A DNA stretch of 64,000 bases from Candidatus Omnitrophota bacterium (GTDB taxonomy: Bacteria > Omnitrophota > Gorgyraeia > Zapsychrales > Zapsychraceae), in NCBI GenBank assembly GCA_050250375.1, contig JBFWOS010000003.1, forward strand, positions 209,284 to 273,283, read 5' to 3'. Positions 29,500 through 40,069 of this stretch are shown in pieces. Within the stretch, counting starts at the first letter, position 1. Every line of letters begins with the position of its first letter. The notes beneath the pieces are model-generated. The model was not told the DNA's origin, searched no databases, and worked only from the letters and a program-made list of their open reading frames with translations. Position numbers and translations under genes: made by a program.

Positions 29500-30840
29500 C
29501 TATTTCTTTATATAAGGAAGAATAAACCGGTTTTGGAAATCGGCCTGTTCTTTGTCAAGCATGGGGCATTCATCGCAGGTATGAACCTTGACATTACATA
29601 TTTTAACCGGGCATGTTACTCTTATTTGTCTAAGAGCCAAGACTATTCTGTGTAGTCTTTGGGTTCCTCTCCCTTTGACAAGTATAACATCCCCGGGCTG
29701 GATCATGCCACGGATCAGTTCTATCGCCTGATAGACATCATTTTTTATATAAACTGCGTCCGAACGGTCTTTTCCGGAACCGACAAAACCGGCCCTGGTC
29801 TTTTCGAGCTCCATGCCCCCTACCAATAAAACTTTGTCAACGGTTTGCCCGATGTATTGCCCGAGACGACGGTATGTTTCATAGGAATTCCCCGGAGGAT
29901 CTTCAATATTCCCGCAAATCATTAATTTCCGCTGAGCTCGAACCTTTGCGAACATATCCAAAGCCGAATCAAACGTGTCAATACCTCCTTTATAAGTATC
30001 GTCAATAACCTTGACGTCATTGTCCAACGGGATTAATTCAAAACGTGATTTACTAGGCGGCATAGATTCTAAATTCTTGATGGCTGAAGAAACGTCATAT
30101 TTGCAAATAATGGCCACCGCCACTGAAGACAAAAGCGGATAAACAAAATGCCGGCCCAATAACCTGGTTTTTACCTCCCATTCCTGATCTTGATATCTGA
30201 TTCGAACGGTCATACCTTCCGGCCAGATATATTGGACATCCATGGCCCGTACCATGCAGTTTTCCCCAAACCCGTATGTGACAATCTGTGCTTTTGTCTG
30301 GGAGGCCATCCAGAGTACGTGGGGATCATCCCCGTTTAAAACAGCCGTTCCGGTTGGAGTAAGGCCTGTCAGAATTTTTACTTTTTCGTTTCGTGTTTCC
30401 TCGGGACTTGAAAAAGAACGAAAATGCTCAAGTTTAATGGACGTGACAACCACGATATCCGGTCTGGTTAAATAAGCATTCGCCCCCATCATCCCCGGTC
30501 TTGATATGCCGGCTTCTAAGACGCCAAATCGATCCCATGGTTTGATAGATAAAAGGTTTTCCGCCAGACTACTCCCATAATTACTGTAAGAGACACGGCG
30601 TCCTGCACAACCTAACGCTGTACTGATGGTCCCGGTCGTGGTTGTTTTACCTAATGATCCGACCACAACAATAACTTTTGTCCCGGCGATAAGAGTTCGC
30701 CTGTAAATTCTTCCTACTTTAATCAGAAATGAAAACATTCTGTCATATTGGTTCCTTAAGAATATTTTATAGCCATTTCTTAGTCGGCACAGTTTTATGA
30801 AATCAATCAAAATATGCATACCAAAGTATACCACGATCAT
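29500..30840 (-). CDS. Mur-ligase-family protein (MurF-like central and C-terminal domains, no MurF N-terminal domain)
   Basis: 446 aa with P-loop VVVGSLGKTTTTGTIS and the MurF-like block EAGISRPGMMGANAYLTRPDIVVVTSIKLEH. It is not located in a cell-wall (dcw) gene cluster. Confidence 0.6.
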   Translation of the reverse strand: MIVVYFGMHILIDFIKLCRLRNGYKIFLRNQYDRMFSFLIKVGRIYRRTLIAGTKVIVVVGSLGKTTTTGTISTALGCAGRRVSYSNYGSSLAENLLSIKPWDRFGVLEAGISRPGMMGANAYLTRPDIVVVTSIKLEHFRSFSSPEETRNEKVKILTGLTPTGTAVLNGDDPHVLWMASQTKAQIVTYGFGENCMVRAMDVQYIWPEGMTVRIRYQDQEWEVKTRLLGRHFVYPLLSSVAVAIICKYDVSSAIKNLESMPPSKSRFELIPLDNDVKVIDDTYKGGIDTFDSALDMFAKVRAQRKLMICGNIEDPPGNSYETYRRLGQYIGQTVDKVLLVGGMELEKTRAGFVGSGKDRSDAVYIKNDVYQAIELIRGMIQPGDVILVKGRGTQRLHRIVLALRQIRVTCPVKICNVKVHTCDECPMLDKEQADFQNRFILPYIKK

Positions 30841-31007
30841 AACGATTCAATTTAATCCAATAAAAAAAATAATGCGCGAATTATTATGTCCACCTGTAAT
30901 AAAAAAATTGGTTCTTTAGAAATAGTTTTCATGTTAGTTTAACCTGAAAAATTACAAAAACAGGCTTAATTAATCTGTATCATATTGATACCAATTCATT
31001 TACATAT

Positions 31008-31024
31008 TTCACACAATCTTCACA
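31008..31024 (+). promoter_or_regulatory. Candidate Pho-box-like direct repeat (TTCACA-N5-TTCACA, 11-bp period) upstream of the porin-pst operon
   Basis: Perfect hexamer direct repeat with helical-turn spacing, about 170 bp upstream of the OprO/P-like porin start. An inverted repeat GTATCAtatTGATAC lies adjacent at 30976-30990. Confidence 0.25.
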
Positions 31025-31194
31025 TATACGCCATGATTGCTTCATATAATTGACATATTATTTACTCAAGCAAATCTTGAAGAGGAGGTAAAATGAAGCG
31101 ATTAAAATCAATCCCTTTTTAATTGCCAATAATTACCAAAACCAAGTTTATATAAATGATAAACAAAGAATTACGGTTAACAAGGAGATATTGA

Positions 31195-32457
31195 ATGAGG
31201 AAAAATCTTATAGGAGTTCTGATTGTGAGTTTCTGTGTATGGATGACCACCATCCCCGCCTTTGCATCCAGTACAGAGGTCGATGCTTTAGTGGAAAAGT
31301 TAGTCGAGAAAGGCGTCCTGACTAAATCCGAGGCCAGAGAATTAAAGAGTGAGATTGCGGCTGATGAAAAACTCATGAAAGAAGAAAACCTAAAACAAGC
31401 ACTTCCCGAATGGGTCCAAAAAATGAAACTCAAAGGGGATTATCGTCTGCGTTATCAAAAAGAAAAGAAATCGGCTAATGAAGAAGCCCGAAACAGAGGC
31501 AGGATGCGTTTCCGTTTGGGACTAGAAACCGATATTATTAAAGATAAAGTTAAAGTTGGGGCGGGACTCGCAACCGGTGGGGCCGATCCGCGATCAACCA
31601 ATGAAACGTTCGAAAACACTTTTGAACACGGCGGTATCTCCTGGGATTACGCTTATGCGGAGTATTTCCCTAATAAACATATAAAAATAATCGGCGGTAA
31701 ATTTGTCAAATCCAGTTACCTTTGGGTGCCGACCGACATGCTCTGGGACAGCGATATTAATCCTGAAGGCGCCTCCATTCATTTAGAAAGGGAATTAATC
31801 GGGAAAGCCAAAGGATACATAAATTCCGGCGTTTGGATTATTGATGAAAATAATCTAGCCGATAAAACTGATCCGTTTATGCATTACGCCCAGACCGGGG
31901 TTCAATGGAAAAACGACTCCTTTGATTTCCAAGTGGCCGGTGTCGCATATAAATTCAACGGTGTTAAGGGAGCAGATTTAGACAATGATCGCAGTTCCAA
32001 CACGAAAACCGGCGGCGTGCTTAAACATGACTATGATTCTTTAGGTGCCTCGTTTGAAGTTGGGGTCAGCCGGCCGGCCGACAGTGATTGTCCTGTCGAA
32101 CGAATCGCGATATTCGGCGAATATATCAATAATCTTGACCAGTTTTCAGGCGCGGATATTGATGATAACGACGGCTGGTCGTTAGGCATGGTTGTGGGAG
32201 ATAAAAAAGTGGCTAATAAGGGAAAATGGCAGTTTAAATACATCTTCACGCATTTAGAAAAAGATGCATTCCCGGACACATTCCCGGACTCAGACCGCCA
32301 TGCCGGTGACACAGACGTTAAGGCGCACGAAGCCATGATTTCGTTAGGCTTAACCAAGAACGTGACCTTTGGGATTGACTACTATCATTCCAAACGGATT
32401 AAAGCCGCTGAAGATTCGGAAAAATTGGTTCAAGCTGATCTTGAATTCAAATTTTAA
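31195..32457 (+). CDS. Phosphate-selective porin O/P-like outer-membrane porin
   Basis: 420 aa with a signal peptide, an N-terminal coiled-coil segment, a beta-barrel ending in …LEFKF, and a position immediately upstream of pstSCAB-phoU. Confidence 0.6.
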   Translation: MRKNLIGVLIVSFCVWMTTIPAFASSTEVDALVEKLVEKGVLTKSEARELKSEIAADEKLMKEENLKQALPEWVQKMKLKGDYRLRYQKEKKSANEEARNRGRMRFRLGLETDIIKDKVKVGAGLATGGADPRSTNETFENTFEHGGISWDYAYAEYFPNKHIKIIGGKFVKSSYLWVPTDMLWDSDINPEGASIHLERELIGKAKGYINSGVWIIDENNLADKTDPFMHYAQTGVQWKNDSFDFQVAGVAYKFNGVKGADLDNDRSSNTKTGGVLKHDYDSLGASFEVGVSRPADSDCPVERIAIFGEYINNLDQFSGADIDDNDGWSLGMVVGDKKVANKGKWQFKYIFTHLEKDAFPDTFPDSDRHAGDTDVKAHEAMISLGLTKNVTFGIDYYHSKRIKAAEDSEKLVQADLEFKF

Positions 32458-32547
32458 TAAGGAACGATCAAAATAGCAAATTCATATGACATTATAAAAA
32501 TAATAAGGTAAGATTAAATTCATTCCCTCTTACCTGAGGAGAAAACA

Positions 32548-33534
32548 ATGAAAAAACTACTAACATTTTTAATGCTGCTGGGTCTTGCAGCGACCGAAGC
32601 CATGGCCGCTGATATTGTCAAAGTCGATGGTTCAAGCACGGTCTTCCCTATCACGGAGGCTGTTGCCGAAGAATTTCAAAATTCTGGCGGTTCTAAGGTT
32701 ATGGTTGGAATCTCAGGAACAGGCGGCGGGTTTAAACGATTCTGCCGAGCAGAAACGGATATCAGCGACGCCTCCCGTCCGATTAAATCCAGCGAAATAT
32801 CCGCCTGCCGGGAAAATAATATTGAATATATTGAATTACCCGTTGCCTACGATGGATTGGCCGTTGTTATCAATCCTGAAAACACCTGGGTTGATTATCT
32901 GACCGTTGAAGAACTGAGCATGATTTGGAAACCCGAATCACAAGGCACCGTGACCAAATGGAGCCAGGTCAGAAACGGCTTCCCCGATGTAGACATCAAA
33001 CTCTTTGGTCCCGGGACTGATTCAGGGACATTTGATTATTTCACGGAAGTCATTAACGGAAAATCGGGCAAAAGCCGCGGTGATTATACGGCCAGCGAAG
33101 ATGATAATATCCTCGTTGAAGGAGTTTCATCAGATAAAGGCGCGATCGGTTATTTCGGTCTGGCTTATTATGAACAAAATATGGACAAATTAAAATTGGT
33201 TCCCATTGATGACGGAAAAAGTGATAACGGCAATGGACCAGTTTCACCCTCTATGAAAACAGTCATGGACTCAACGTATCAACCATTGGCCAGGCCAATT
33301 TTTATTTATGTCAGTAAACAATCCGCCGATGAAAAAGAATATGTCCGGAAATTCGTGGAGTTTTATTTAGAAAATGCACCCCCATTAGTTGAGGAAGTCG
33401 GATATATTCCTTTACAGGATGAGTCTTACAGCGCCGCTCAGGTACGTTTTAACTCCCGGACGACAGGGTCAGTTTTTAATAACTCCGCTTCGATCGTCGG
33501 GGTACCGATGGCCGAATTATTAAAACAAAAATAG
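32548..33534 (+). CDS. pstS: Phosphate ABC transporter substrate-binding protein PstS
   Basis: 328 aa with a signal peptide and the PstS/PBP fold (…[18 protein letters not shown]…[12 protein letters not shown]…). Confidence 0.9.
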   Translation: MKKLLTFLMLLGLAATEAMAADIVKVDGSSTVFPITEAVAEEFQNSGGSKVMVGISGTGGGFKRFCRAETDISDASRPIKSSEISACRENNIEYIELPVAYDGLAVVINPENTWVDYLTVEELSMIWKPESQGTVTKWSQVRNGFPDVDIKLFGPGTDSGTFDYFTEVINGKSGKSRGDYTASEDDNILVEGVSSDKGAIGYFGLAYYEQNMDKLKLVPIDDGKSDNGNGPVSPSMKTVMDSTYQPLARPIFIYVSKQSADEKEYVRKFVEFYLENAPPLVEEVGYIPLQDESYSAAQVRFNSRTTGSVFNNSASIVGVPMAELLKQK

Positions 33535-33540
33535 TTTTTC

Positions 33541-34437
33541 ATGCAAGATAAAAAAACAAACAGGAAGTTCAAGGAAATGTTGATAGAGAGGCTGCTTTTT
33601 TCATGCAGCCTCCTATCAATTTTTACAACAGGCGCCATTATATACATCCTGTTTTCGGAATCCCTGGGATTCTTCAAACATGTCTCGTTGTGGCAGTTCT
33701 TAACCGACACCGAATGGACCCCCCTATTCACCATTAAGCATTACGGGATACTGCCGTTGTTATGCGGGACATTGCTGACAACGATTATTGCTTTGCTGGT
33801 GGCTGTTCCGGTCGGGTTAATCAGCGCAATTTATTTAAGTGAGTACGCCTCCGTCCAATTTCGCAACTCGATTAAACCGTTTATGGAAATCTTGGCGGCC
33901 ATCCCCACGGTTGTGTACGGTTATTTTGCCCTTATATTCGTCACCCCTTTTTTAAAAAAAATTATCCCTGACCTGTCGGGCTTCAACGCATTATCCGCCG
34001 GGTTAGTTATGGGAATCATGATTATCCCTTTAGTATCCTCGCTTAGCGAGGATGCCATGCACGCTGTCCCCATGGGTCTTAGAGAAGGGGCATACGCGTT
34101 AGGTTCCCAAAAAATCCAGGTTGCTTTCAGAATCGTTTTCCCGGCTGCATTATCAGGCGTGACGGCCTCCATTATCCTCGCCGTTTCACGCGCCATCGGA
34201 GAGACCATGATTGTGGCTATCGCGGCCGGACAACAACCTAATTTCACATTTAATCCGCTGGTGCCGGTTGAGACCATTACAGCTTATATCGTACAAATCA
34301 GTTTAGGGGATACTCCCCACGGAACCCTTGAATATAAAACCATCTTTGTATGTGGGCTTACATTGTTTATATTGACATTTTTATTAAATATTATCAGTTT
34401 TAAACTTAAACGCCGTTTTCAGGAAGTCTACCAATAA
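33541..34437 (+). CDS. pstC: Phosphate ABC transporter permease PstC
   Basis: 298 aa with six TM helices and the EAA-like loop of BPD permeases. Confidence 0.85.
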   Translation: MQDKKTNRKFKEMLIERLLFSCSLLSIFTTGAIIYILFSESLGFFKHVSLWQFLTDTEWTPLFTIKHYGILPLLCGTLLTTIIALLVAVPVGLISAIYLSEYASVQFRNSIKPFMEILAAIPTVVYGYFALIFVTPFLKKIIPDLSGFNALSAGLVMGIMIIPLVSSLSEDAMHAVPMGLREGAYALGSQKIQVAFRIVFPAALSGVTASIILAVSRAIGETMIVAIAAGQQPNFTFNPLVPVETITAYIVQISLGDTPHGTLEYKTIFVCGLTLFILTFLLNIISFKLKRRFQEVYQ

Positions 34438-34441
34438 AAAC

Positions 34442-35341
34442 ATGTCCATAAAATCAACCCGAATATTGAATAAATCTTTTAACGTGATTGGTCTCTTAAC
34501 GACTTTATTCGGCGTGATTATTCTCTCCATTCTGATCATTGATGTTTTTAATGACGGATTTTCCCGTCTGAGCTGGGATTTCTTAACGAGTTTTCCATCG
34601 CGAAAGCCTGAAAAAGCCGGGATATTTTCGGCCTGGGCCGGGACATTATGGATTATGCTGACAACCGCCCTGATTTCAATCCCTGTCGGAGTCGGCTCCG
34701 GTATATATCTTGAAGAATATGCCCGGAAAAATAGAATTACGGATCTGATTGAAATTAACATCGCTAACCTGGCCGGAGTTCCTTCAGTTATTTACGGTAT
34801 CTTAGGGCTGGGGCTATTTGTCCGCTGGATGCATCTCGACCGCAGCGTCCTGGCCGGAGGTCTTACGCTTGCGCTTTTAATCCTGCCGATTGTCATCCTT
34901 GCAACCAGGGAAGCATTGAGAACAGTTCCGTTTTCCATCCGGGAAGCCGCTTATGCGCTGGGAGCTACAAAATGGCAGACCGTCAGCACCCAGGTCTTGC
35001 CGGCCGCGTTCGGAAATATCTTGACCGGGATTATTCTCGCCCTGTCACGTGCGATCGGAGAAACCGCACCTCTCGTAACTTTGGGCGCATTAACCTACAT
35101 CCCATTTTTGCCGACTAACCCACTCTCTTTTAAATCGAGCTTTCCCTATGTTCACGTAAGCTTAAACGGATTTCTTGATCCATTTACAGTTCTGCCGATT
35201 CAAATTTTCAATTGGGTTTCGCGCCCACAAAAAGGTTTTCTTGTCTGCGCCGCAGCTGGTATACTTGTATTGTTATTTATAACGCTTCTATTAAACGGAC
35301 TTGCAATTTTCTTAAGGTATAAAAACCAAAGACGCTGGTAA
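34442..35341 (+). CDS. pstA: Phosphate ABC transporter permease PstA
   Basis: 299 aa permease paralogue following pstC. Confidence 0.85.
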   Translation: MSIKSTRILNKSFNVIGLLTTLFGVIILSILIIDVFNDGFSRLSWDFLTSFPSRKPEKAGIFSAWAGTLWIMLTTALISIPVGVGSGIYLEEYARKNRITDLIEINIANLAGVPSVIYGILGLGLFVRWMHLDRSVLAGGLTLALLILPIVILATREALRTVPFSIREAAYALGATKWQTVSTQVLPAAFGNILTGIILALSRAIGETAPLVTLGALTYIPFLPTNPLSFKSSFPYVHVSLNGFLDPFTVLPIQIFNWVSRPQKGFLVCAAAGILVLLFITLLLNGLAIFLRYKNQRRW

Positions 35342-35345
35342 TCTT

Positions 35346-36209
35346 ATGGCAGTTATTGACCATTTAAAATCAAATAAACCTAATCAAAATTTTGTGGTTA
35401 AAAACAAACCTCCTCAAGAACCCGAACCTCCAAAGGTGGAAAATATGGAAACGCAAGAAGTTATTTTTGATATCGACCAGTTGACCAGTTTTTATGGACC
35501 TAAAAAAGTCCTTAAAGATGTCAACCTGACGATCGCCGGTAAATCCGTCACTGCGCTTATGGGGCCATCGGGGTGTGGGAAAAGTACACTTCTGCGCTGT
35601 CTAAACCGTATGAACGATTTGGTTCCAACTTTTAAACCAGAAGGAAAGATTTATTACCATCAAAAAGACTTATACTCAAGAGAAATTGACGTGACCGAAT
35701 TAAGACGGGAAATCGGTATGGTTTTCCAAAAGCCTAATCCATTTCCAAAAAGTATTTATGAAAATGTCGCCTACGGCCTGCGCATACAAGGCATCTCAAA
35801 TAAATCCTTTATCAACGATGTGGTCGAAGACAGTCTCAAAAAATCTGCTTTATTGGATGAAGTAAAAGATCGTTTAAGCGATTCCGGCTTTTCATTGTCC
35901 GGAGGCCAGCAACAGAGACTTTGTATCGCACGCGCACTGGCCGTTAAACCGAAAGTCATCCTCTTTGATGAGCCCTGCTCCGCTCTGGATCCGATTGCGA
36001 CCGCTAAAATTGAAGAACTCATAGTCCAGCTAAAAGAAAAATATACGATCGTCATCGTCACCCACAACATGCAGCAGGCCGCGCGCATCTCTGATACAAC
36101 AGCCTTTTTGATGTTAGGAGAAATTATTGAAGTCGGCAAGACGACAGAAATCTTTACTAAACCCAAACAGAAGATTACAGAAGATTATATCACCGGCCGT
36201 TTCGGTTAA
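35346..36209 (+). CDS. pstB: Phosphate ABC transporter ATP-binding protein PstB
   Basis: 287 aa with Walker [10 protein letters not shown], signature LSGGQQQRL and Walker B ILFDEP. The true start may be the internal Met (METQEV…). Confidence 0.9.
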   Translation: MAVIDHLKSNKPNQNFVVKNKPPQEPEPPKVENMETQEVIFDIDQLTSFYGPKKVLKDVNLTIAGKSVTALMGPSGCGKSTLLRCLNRMNDLVPTFKPEGKIYYHQKDLYSREIDVTELRREIGMVFQKPNPFPKSIYENVAYGLRIQGISNKSFINDVVEDSLKKSALLDEVKDRLSDSGFSLSGGQQQRLCIARALAVKPKVILFDEPCSALDPIATAKIEELIVQLKEKYTIVIVTHNMQQAARISDTTAFLMLGEIIEVGKTTEIFTKPKQKITEDYITGRFG

Positions 36210-36265
36210 TCGTTGACAGAATAATAACATTGCTATATTTAAAATTTTGATAAAGGAATAAATCC

Positions 36266-36964
36266 ATGCAAAGACATCTCGACCAAGAATTACAGACCTT
36301 AAATGCCAACCTGCTTAAAATGGCGACGCTCACGGAAGAAGCAATCCATAAATGCGTGGAATCCCTGAAACTAAGAAACACCGATCTGGCCCATGAGGTG
36401 ATCGCCAATGATCAGAAAATCGACAATTTGGAAAATACAATTGAAGAAGAATCAATCGAACTCCTCGCCTTATTTCAGCCGATGGCCAATGACCTGCGTT
36501 TTATCACGACGGGAATGCACATCAGCTCAGATCTGGAACGTATCGCGGATTTAACCGTCAATATATCCCGGCGCGTCATTGAATTATCCGAAAAACCTTT
36601 GCTAAAACCGTTGGTCGATACCCCCCGTCTGGCCGAAGTGGCGAAACGGATGGTCCGAACCGCCATCGAATCTTTTATTCAACGCAATGATGAGTTAGCC
36701 AAATCCGTCATTTTCTCCGACAAGGAAGCGGACGAATTACGCACCAGTATAATTAAAGAACTTATTTATGAATATATGGTCAAAGACGGAACAACCGCTC
36801 CCCGCGCAGTCCCCCTCCTTTTAATCGCCCGTGACCTTGAACGGATATGCGATCATGCCACCAATATTGCCGAAGATGTTATTTACATGATCAACGCGAA
36901 AATTGTAAAACATCATTTGGAAGAATTGATTTATGTCTATAAGAAAGTAAACCGCTCCGAATAA
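36266..36964 (+). CDS. phoU: Phosphate signalling regulator PhoU
   Basis: 232 aa with two PhoU repeats carrying the D/E…ERIxD motifs (…ERIADLTVNI… , …ERICDHATNIAED…). Confidence 0.85.
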   Translation: MQRHLDQELQTLNANLLKMATLTEEAIHKCVESLKLRNTDLAHEVIANDQKIDNLENTIEEESIELLALFQPMANDLRFITTGMHISSDLERIADLTVNISRRVIELSEKPLLKPLVDTPRLAEVAKRMVRTAIESFIQRNDELAKSVIFSDKEADELRTSIIKELIYEYMVKDGTTAPRAVPLLLIARDLERICDHATNIAEDVIYMINAKIVKHHLEELIYVYKKVNRSE

Positions 36965-37062
36965 TTGTTCTCAGAAACGGCTTCTTAAAAAGTTTATACC
37001 CGTCTCTCGAAAACCAAAATTTCTTTACGATAACGGGTACTTTTTACTGGGAAGGATTTTCT

Positions 37063-37281
37063 TTAAGATTGACTGATTCGTCTGCGCAGACGCCGGAGTT
37101 CCGTTTCGGATTCTTTTAATGATTCCAGAATAAATCCGTCATCATACCGGTGTGTGCGCTCAATCGTTTCTAGGCAATTATGCAAATTGATAATTTGAGT
37201 TCTTATATTGCTGACAACCTGATCAATATAAGGGCTGGTTGAAAAATCAAACCTGTTCATTTCGTCTCCTCCTTTCCTCAA
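37063..37281 (-). CDS. Hypothetical small protein (65-72 aa) downstream of phoR
   Basis: An internal Met (MNRFDF…) is preceded by AGGAGG. The gene is convergent with phoU and has no motif. Confidence 0.3.
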   Translation of the reverse strand: MRKGGDEMNRFDFSTSPYIDQVVSNIRTQIINLHNCLETIERTHRYDDGFILESLKESETELRRLRRRISQS

Positions 37282-37359
37282 AAAATTTTAATACAACTAC
37301 TATTTTACTGATGCTTGTGTCCAATCCATTACCTTTTGATGAACTCTTTGTGAAATCGA

Positions 37360-39141
37360 TTAATGTCTGGGCAGAGTGAAACGGAAGGTGGATCCCTCTC
37401 CCAATTTGCTGGTCACGTAAACTTCTCCTTTATGGGCCTGGATAATATGCTTGACGATGGAAAGCCCCAGCCCTGTCCCTCCGATTTCACGGGAATGGGC
37501 TTTATCCACCCGGTAAAACCGCTCAAAAACACGCGGCAAATCATCCTCCGGTATTCCGATTCCGGTGTCAGATATACTGACTTCAATCCCGGAGCCTTTG
37601 GAAACCGCGGAAACTGTAACCGTTCCGTTTTCCTTATTATATTTAATGGCGTTTTCAATCAGGTTCAGCAAGACCTGGGCGATACTTGTGGCGTCAAAGG
37701 TAACGTCACCGATCGTGTCCGGAATTTCATTCTTGAATGTAATTCTTTTATTTTCGATTTGTTTGCCGAGCCCTTTCTCAACCCGGCTGACAAGTTCCTT
37801 AATATTCTGTTCTTTAAAAATAAATTCCATCTTGCCGGATTCAATCCGTGACAGGTCCAGCACATCTTCAACCAATTTTGCCAGCCGCTCAGACTCGGAA
37901 TAAATAATTTTCGTGAAATCTTCGGCATTGGCCTTATCATTCAAAGCCCCTTCCAGGAGAGTTTCCGCATATCCTTTAATATTCGTAATCGGTGTGCGCA
38001 ATTCATGGGAGACATTGGCCACAAAATCTTTGCGGACCGATTCAAGCCGCCGTAATTCCGTTATATCATGAAAGACCATGACAGCGCCGTCGATCACTCC
38101 GTTTAAAGTAACCGGAGTCGCGTGAATAATAAAATGTTTCTCATGCGGGAACAAAACGGATAATTCACGGGACAAGGCCCCGGCTTCCTGCTGGGTCACT
38201 TGATTTACTATCTCCTGAATTTCAACATTCCGGATCACTTCAATCGGTTTTTTCCCGACCACCTCTTCCATGACTTGAAACAAATTTCTGAGGGCTTTGT
38301 TCATCAGTTTCATTTTTCCGTTTTTATCTACGACAATGACCCCGTCAAACATACTCAACAAAACCGCCTCCAGACGAAGCCGGCTGCTGACGACCTCATC
38401 AATCCTTTCTTTAATCTGCTTGGACATATAGTTAATGGAATTCGACAAATCCCCAAATTCATCATCCGTATGGATATCAATGCTTCGCGAGAAATCTCCC
38501 GCCGCGATGCCTTTAGCCAGGGAAGATACCTCCTTGATGGGGCTGGATACAACATATGACGCAAAAAAACCGAGGATGAGGGACAAACAAAAGGCGATCC
38601 CCAATGAAATAAAAAGAAGCTTTATAAGGCTGTTGGAATATTGGTCGGCCGAGGACAATGGGACGGCTAACCGGAGAACCCCTCCGGGACTATTTCCGGT
38701 TTTATCCTGAAAAGGAACAGCCAGATAAATCATATCTCTACTATCGGTTTCACTGTAACGCTGGCTTTCACCCAGGCCATTTCTAAGGGCCTGTTGCACT
38801 TCCGGCCGCTGCAGATGGTTATCAATGGATTCCACACCCTGCAAACTCAAATTTGAGTCACCCAGAACTTTTCCATCCCGATTAATGATGGTTACGCGCA
38901 AACCCAGGTCATTGGAAATATGATCGGCGATATCGTCAATGTTCTTAGTCGTCAACGTCCCAGAGTATTGATTTCTAAGAAAACTGGCCGCTAAATTTAT
39001 CTTGCTTTTAAGGTCTGATTTGATGGCCCGGTAGGTTTGCTCTTTGAGGTGATTCTGGAGATAAATAAAAACCCCCAGGAGGATCACGGCCACAATCAAA
39101 GAAATAATAAAGGTTATTTTGTATTGAATATTGACGCGCAA
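37360..39141 (-). CDS. phoR: Phosphate regulon sensor histidine kinase PhoR-like (TM-HAMP-PAS-HisKA-HATPase)
   Basis: 593 aa with an N-terminal TM, H-box HELRTPITNIKGY, and N/G1/G2 boxes (…DTGIGIPEDDLPRVFERFYRVD…GGTGLGLSIVKHI…). Confidence 0.8.
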   Translation of the reverse strand: MRVNIQYKITFIISLIVAVILLGVFIYLQNHLKEQTYRAIKSDLKSKINLAASFLRNQYSGTLTTKNIDDIADHISNDLGLRVTIINRDGKVLGDSNLSLQGVESIDNHLQRPEVQQALRNGLGESQRYSETDSRDMIYLAVPFQDKTGNSPGGVLRLAVPLSSADQYSNSLIKLLFISLGIAFCLSLILGFFASYVVSSPIKEVSSLAKGIAAGDFSRSIDIHTDDEFGDLSNSINYMSKQIKERIDEVVSSRLRLEAVLLSMFDGVIVVDKNGKMKLMNKALRNLFQVMEEVVGKKPIEVIRNVEIQEIVNQVTQQEAGALSRELSVLFPHEKHFIIHATPVTLNGVIDGAVMVFHDITELRRLESVRKDFVANVSHELRTPITNIKGYAETLLEGALNDKANAEDFTKIIYSESERLAKLVEDVLDLSRIESGKMEFIFKEQNIKELVSRVEKGLGKQIENKRITFKNEIPDTIGDVTFDATSIAQVLLNLIENAIKYNKENGTVTVSAVSKGSGIEVSISDTGIGIPEDDLPRVFERFYRVDKAHSREIGGTGLGLSIVKHIIQAHKGEVYVTSKLGEGSTFRFTLPRH

Positions 39142-39147
39142 CGCGAA

Positions 39148-39876
39148 TTACTCCTGTTCAAAAAACCGGTACCCGTATCCACGAACAGTTTCAATATATT
39201 TGCCGTAACGGCCCAATTTTTGCCTCAGACGTTTAACGTGAGTATCCACCGTTCGGGTTGTGACATCGGCTTCAATACCCCAGACATCGCTTAAGAGCTG
39301 GTCACGGCTTTGCACGCGCCCGATTCGATTGAGTAGCATGACCAAAAGATCAAATTCCATCGCGGTCAGTTTGACTTCTTTTGAATTGACGAGAACTTTG
39401 TGACGCGGGATATCCACTTTTAACTTGTCAAAACTGAGGATGTCCTTATGGCCGGATTCTGTTTTGACAACAGATCGTTTCAGGATGGCTTTCACCCGAA
39501 GGACCAGTTCACGCGGACTGAATGGTTTAGCAAGATAATCGTCCGCCCCTAACTCAAGTCCGACGATCCGGTCTATTTCCTCAGCCCGTGCGGTTAACAT
39601 GATGATGGGGATATGCAAATAGACGTCTTCCTGCTTGATGATCCGGCAGACTTCGAATCCGTCCATTTTAGGGAGCATGACATCGAGGATGATCAGATTG
39701 ATCTTTTCTTTATCAAGAACGGCAAAACCTTCTTCGCCGGTGACAACCGCATGACAATGATATCCTGCTTTTTCCAGGTTATATTTCACGAGTTTTGAAA
39801 TATTTTTGTCGTCTTCGACGATTAAAATATTTTCATTGGACATACTGGTTATATTCCCCTGCAAACCTGCCGCCAT
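39148..39876 (-). CDS. phoB: OmpR-family response regulator PhoB-like
   Basis: The receiver domain (ILIVEDD…DVMLP…) plus a winged-helix domain (…VDTHVKRLRQKLG…GYGYRF). The true start is probably the internal Met near 39843 (MSNENILIVEDD). Confidence 0.85.
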   Translation of the reverse strand: MAAGLQGNITSMSNENILIVEDDKNISKLVKYNLEKAGYHCHAVVTGEEGFAVLDKEKINLIILDVMLPKMDGFEVCRIIKQEDVYLHIPIIMLTARAEEIDRIVGLELGADDYLAKPFSPRELVLRVKAILKRSVVKTESGHKDILSFDKLKVDIPRHKVLVNSKEVKLTAMEFDLLVMLLNRIGRVQSRDQLLSDVWGIEADVTTRTVDTHVKRLRQKLGRYGKYIETVRGYGYRFFEQE

Positions 39877-40069
39877 TAATATTCTTTTTAAAAAAATGAT
39901 ACCACATTCAGGCAGAAAGTCTGTATTTTTCTTAAAATGAAACTTTATTCCCTCTTTTAAGCGACCGGTCCATTGTTTGAATTCCGAATAACAACCCCCC
40001 GCCTTTAGTTTAAAGCTTAACCGCCTAATGTATATTTCTCGTGAACAGATTGTGAAGTTTGTGTTACAT

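Noticed and set aside
29467-29510. CUGAUGAG…GAAAC string resembling the hammerhead ribozyme catalytic core
   Set aside because: The sequence between CUGAUGA and GAAA (guuaagaauggauaaa) cannot form stem II, and there are no flanking stems I or III. It is a chance match in an AT-rich intergenic region.
36990-37050. Possible convergent terminator between phoU and the small ORF (TACCCG…30-nt loop…CGGGTA with A and T runs)
   Set aside because: The stem is only 6 bp with a 30-nt loop, so it is too weak to call.
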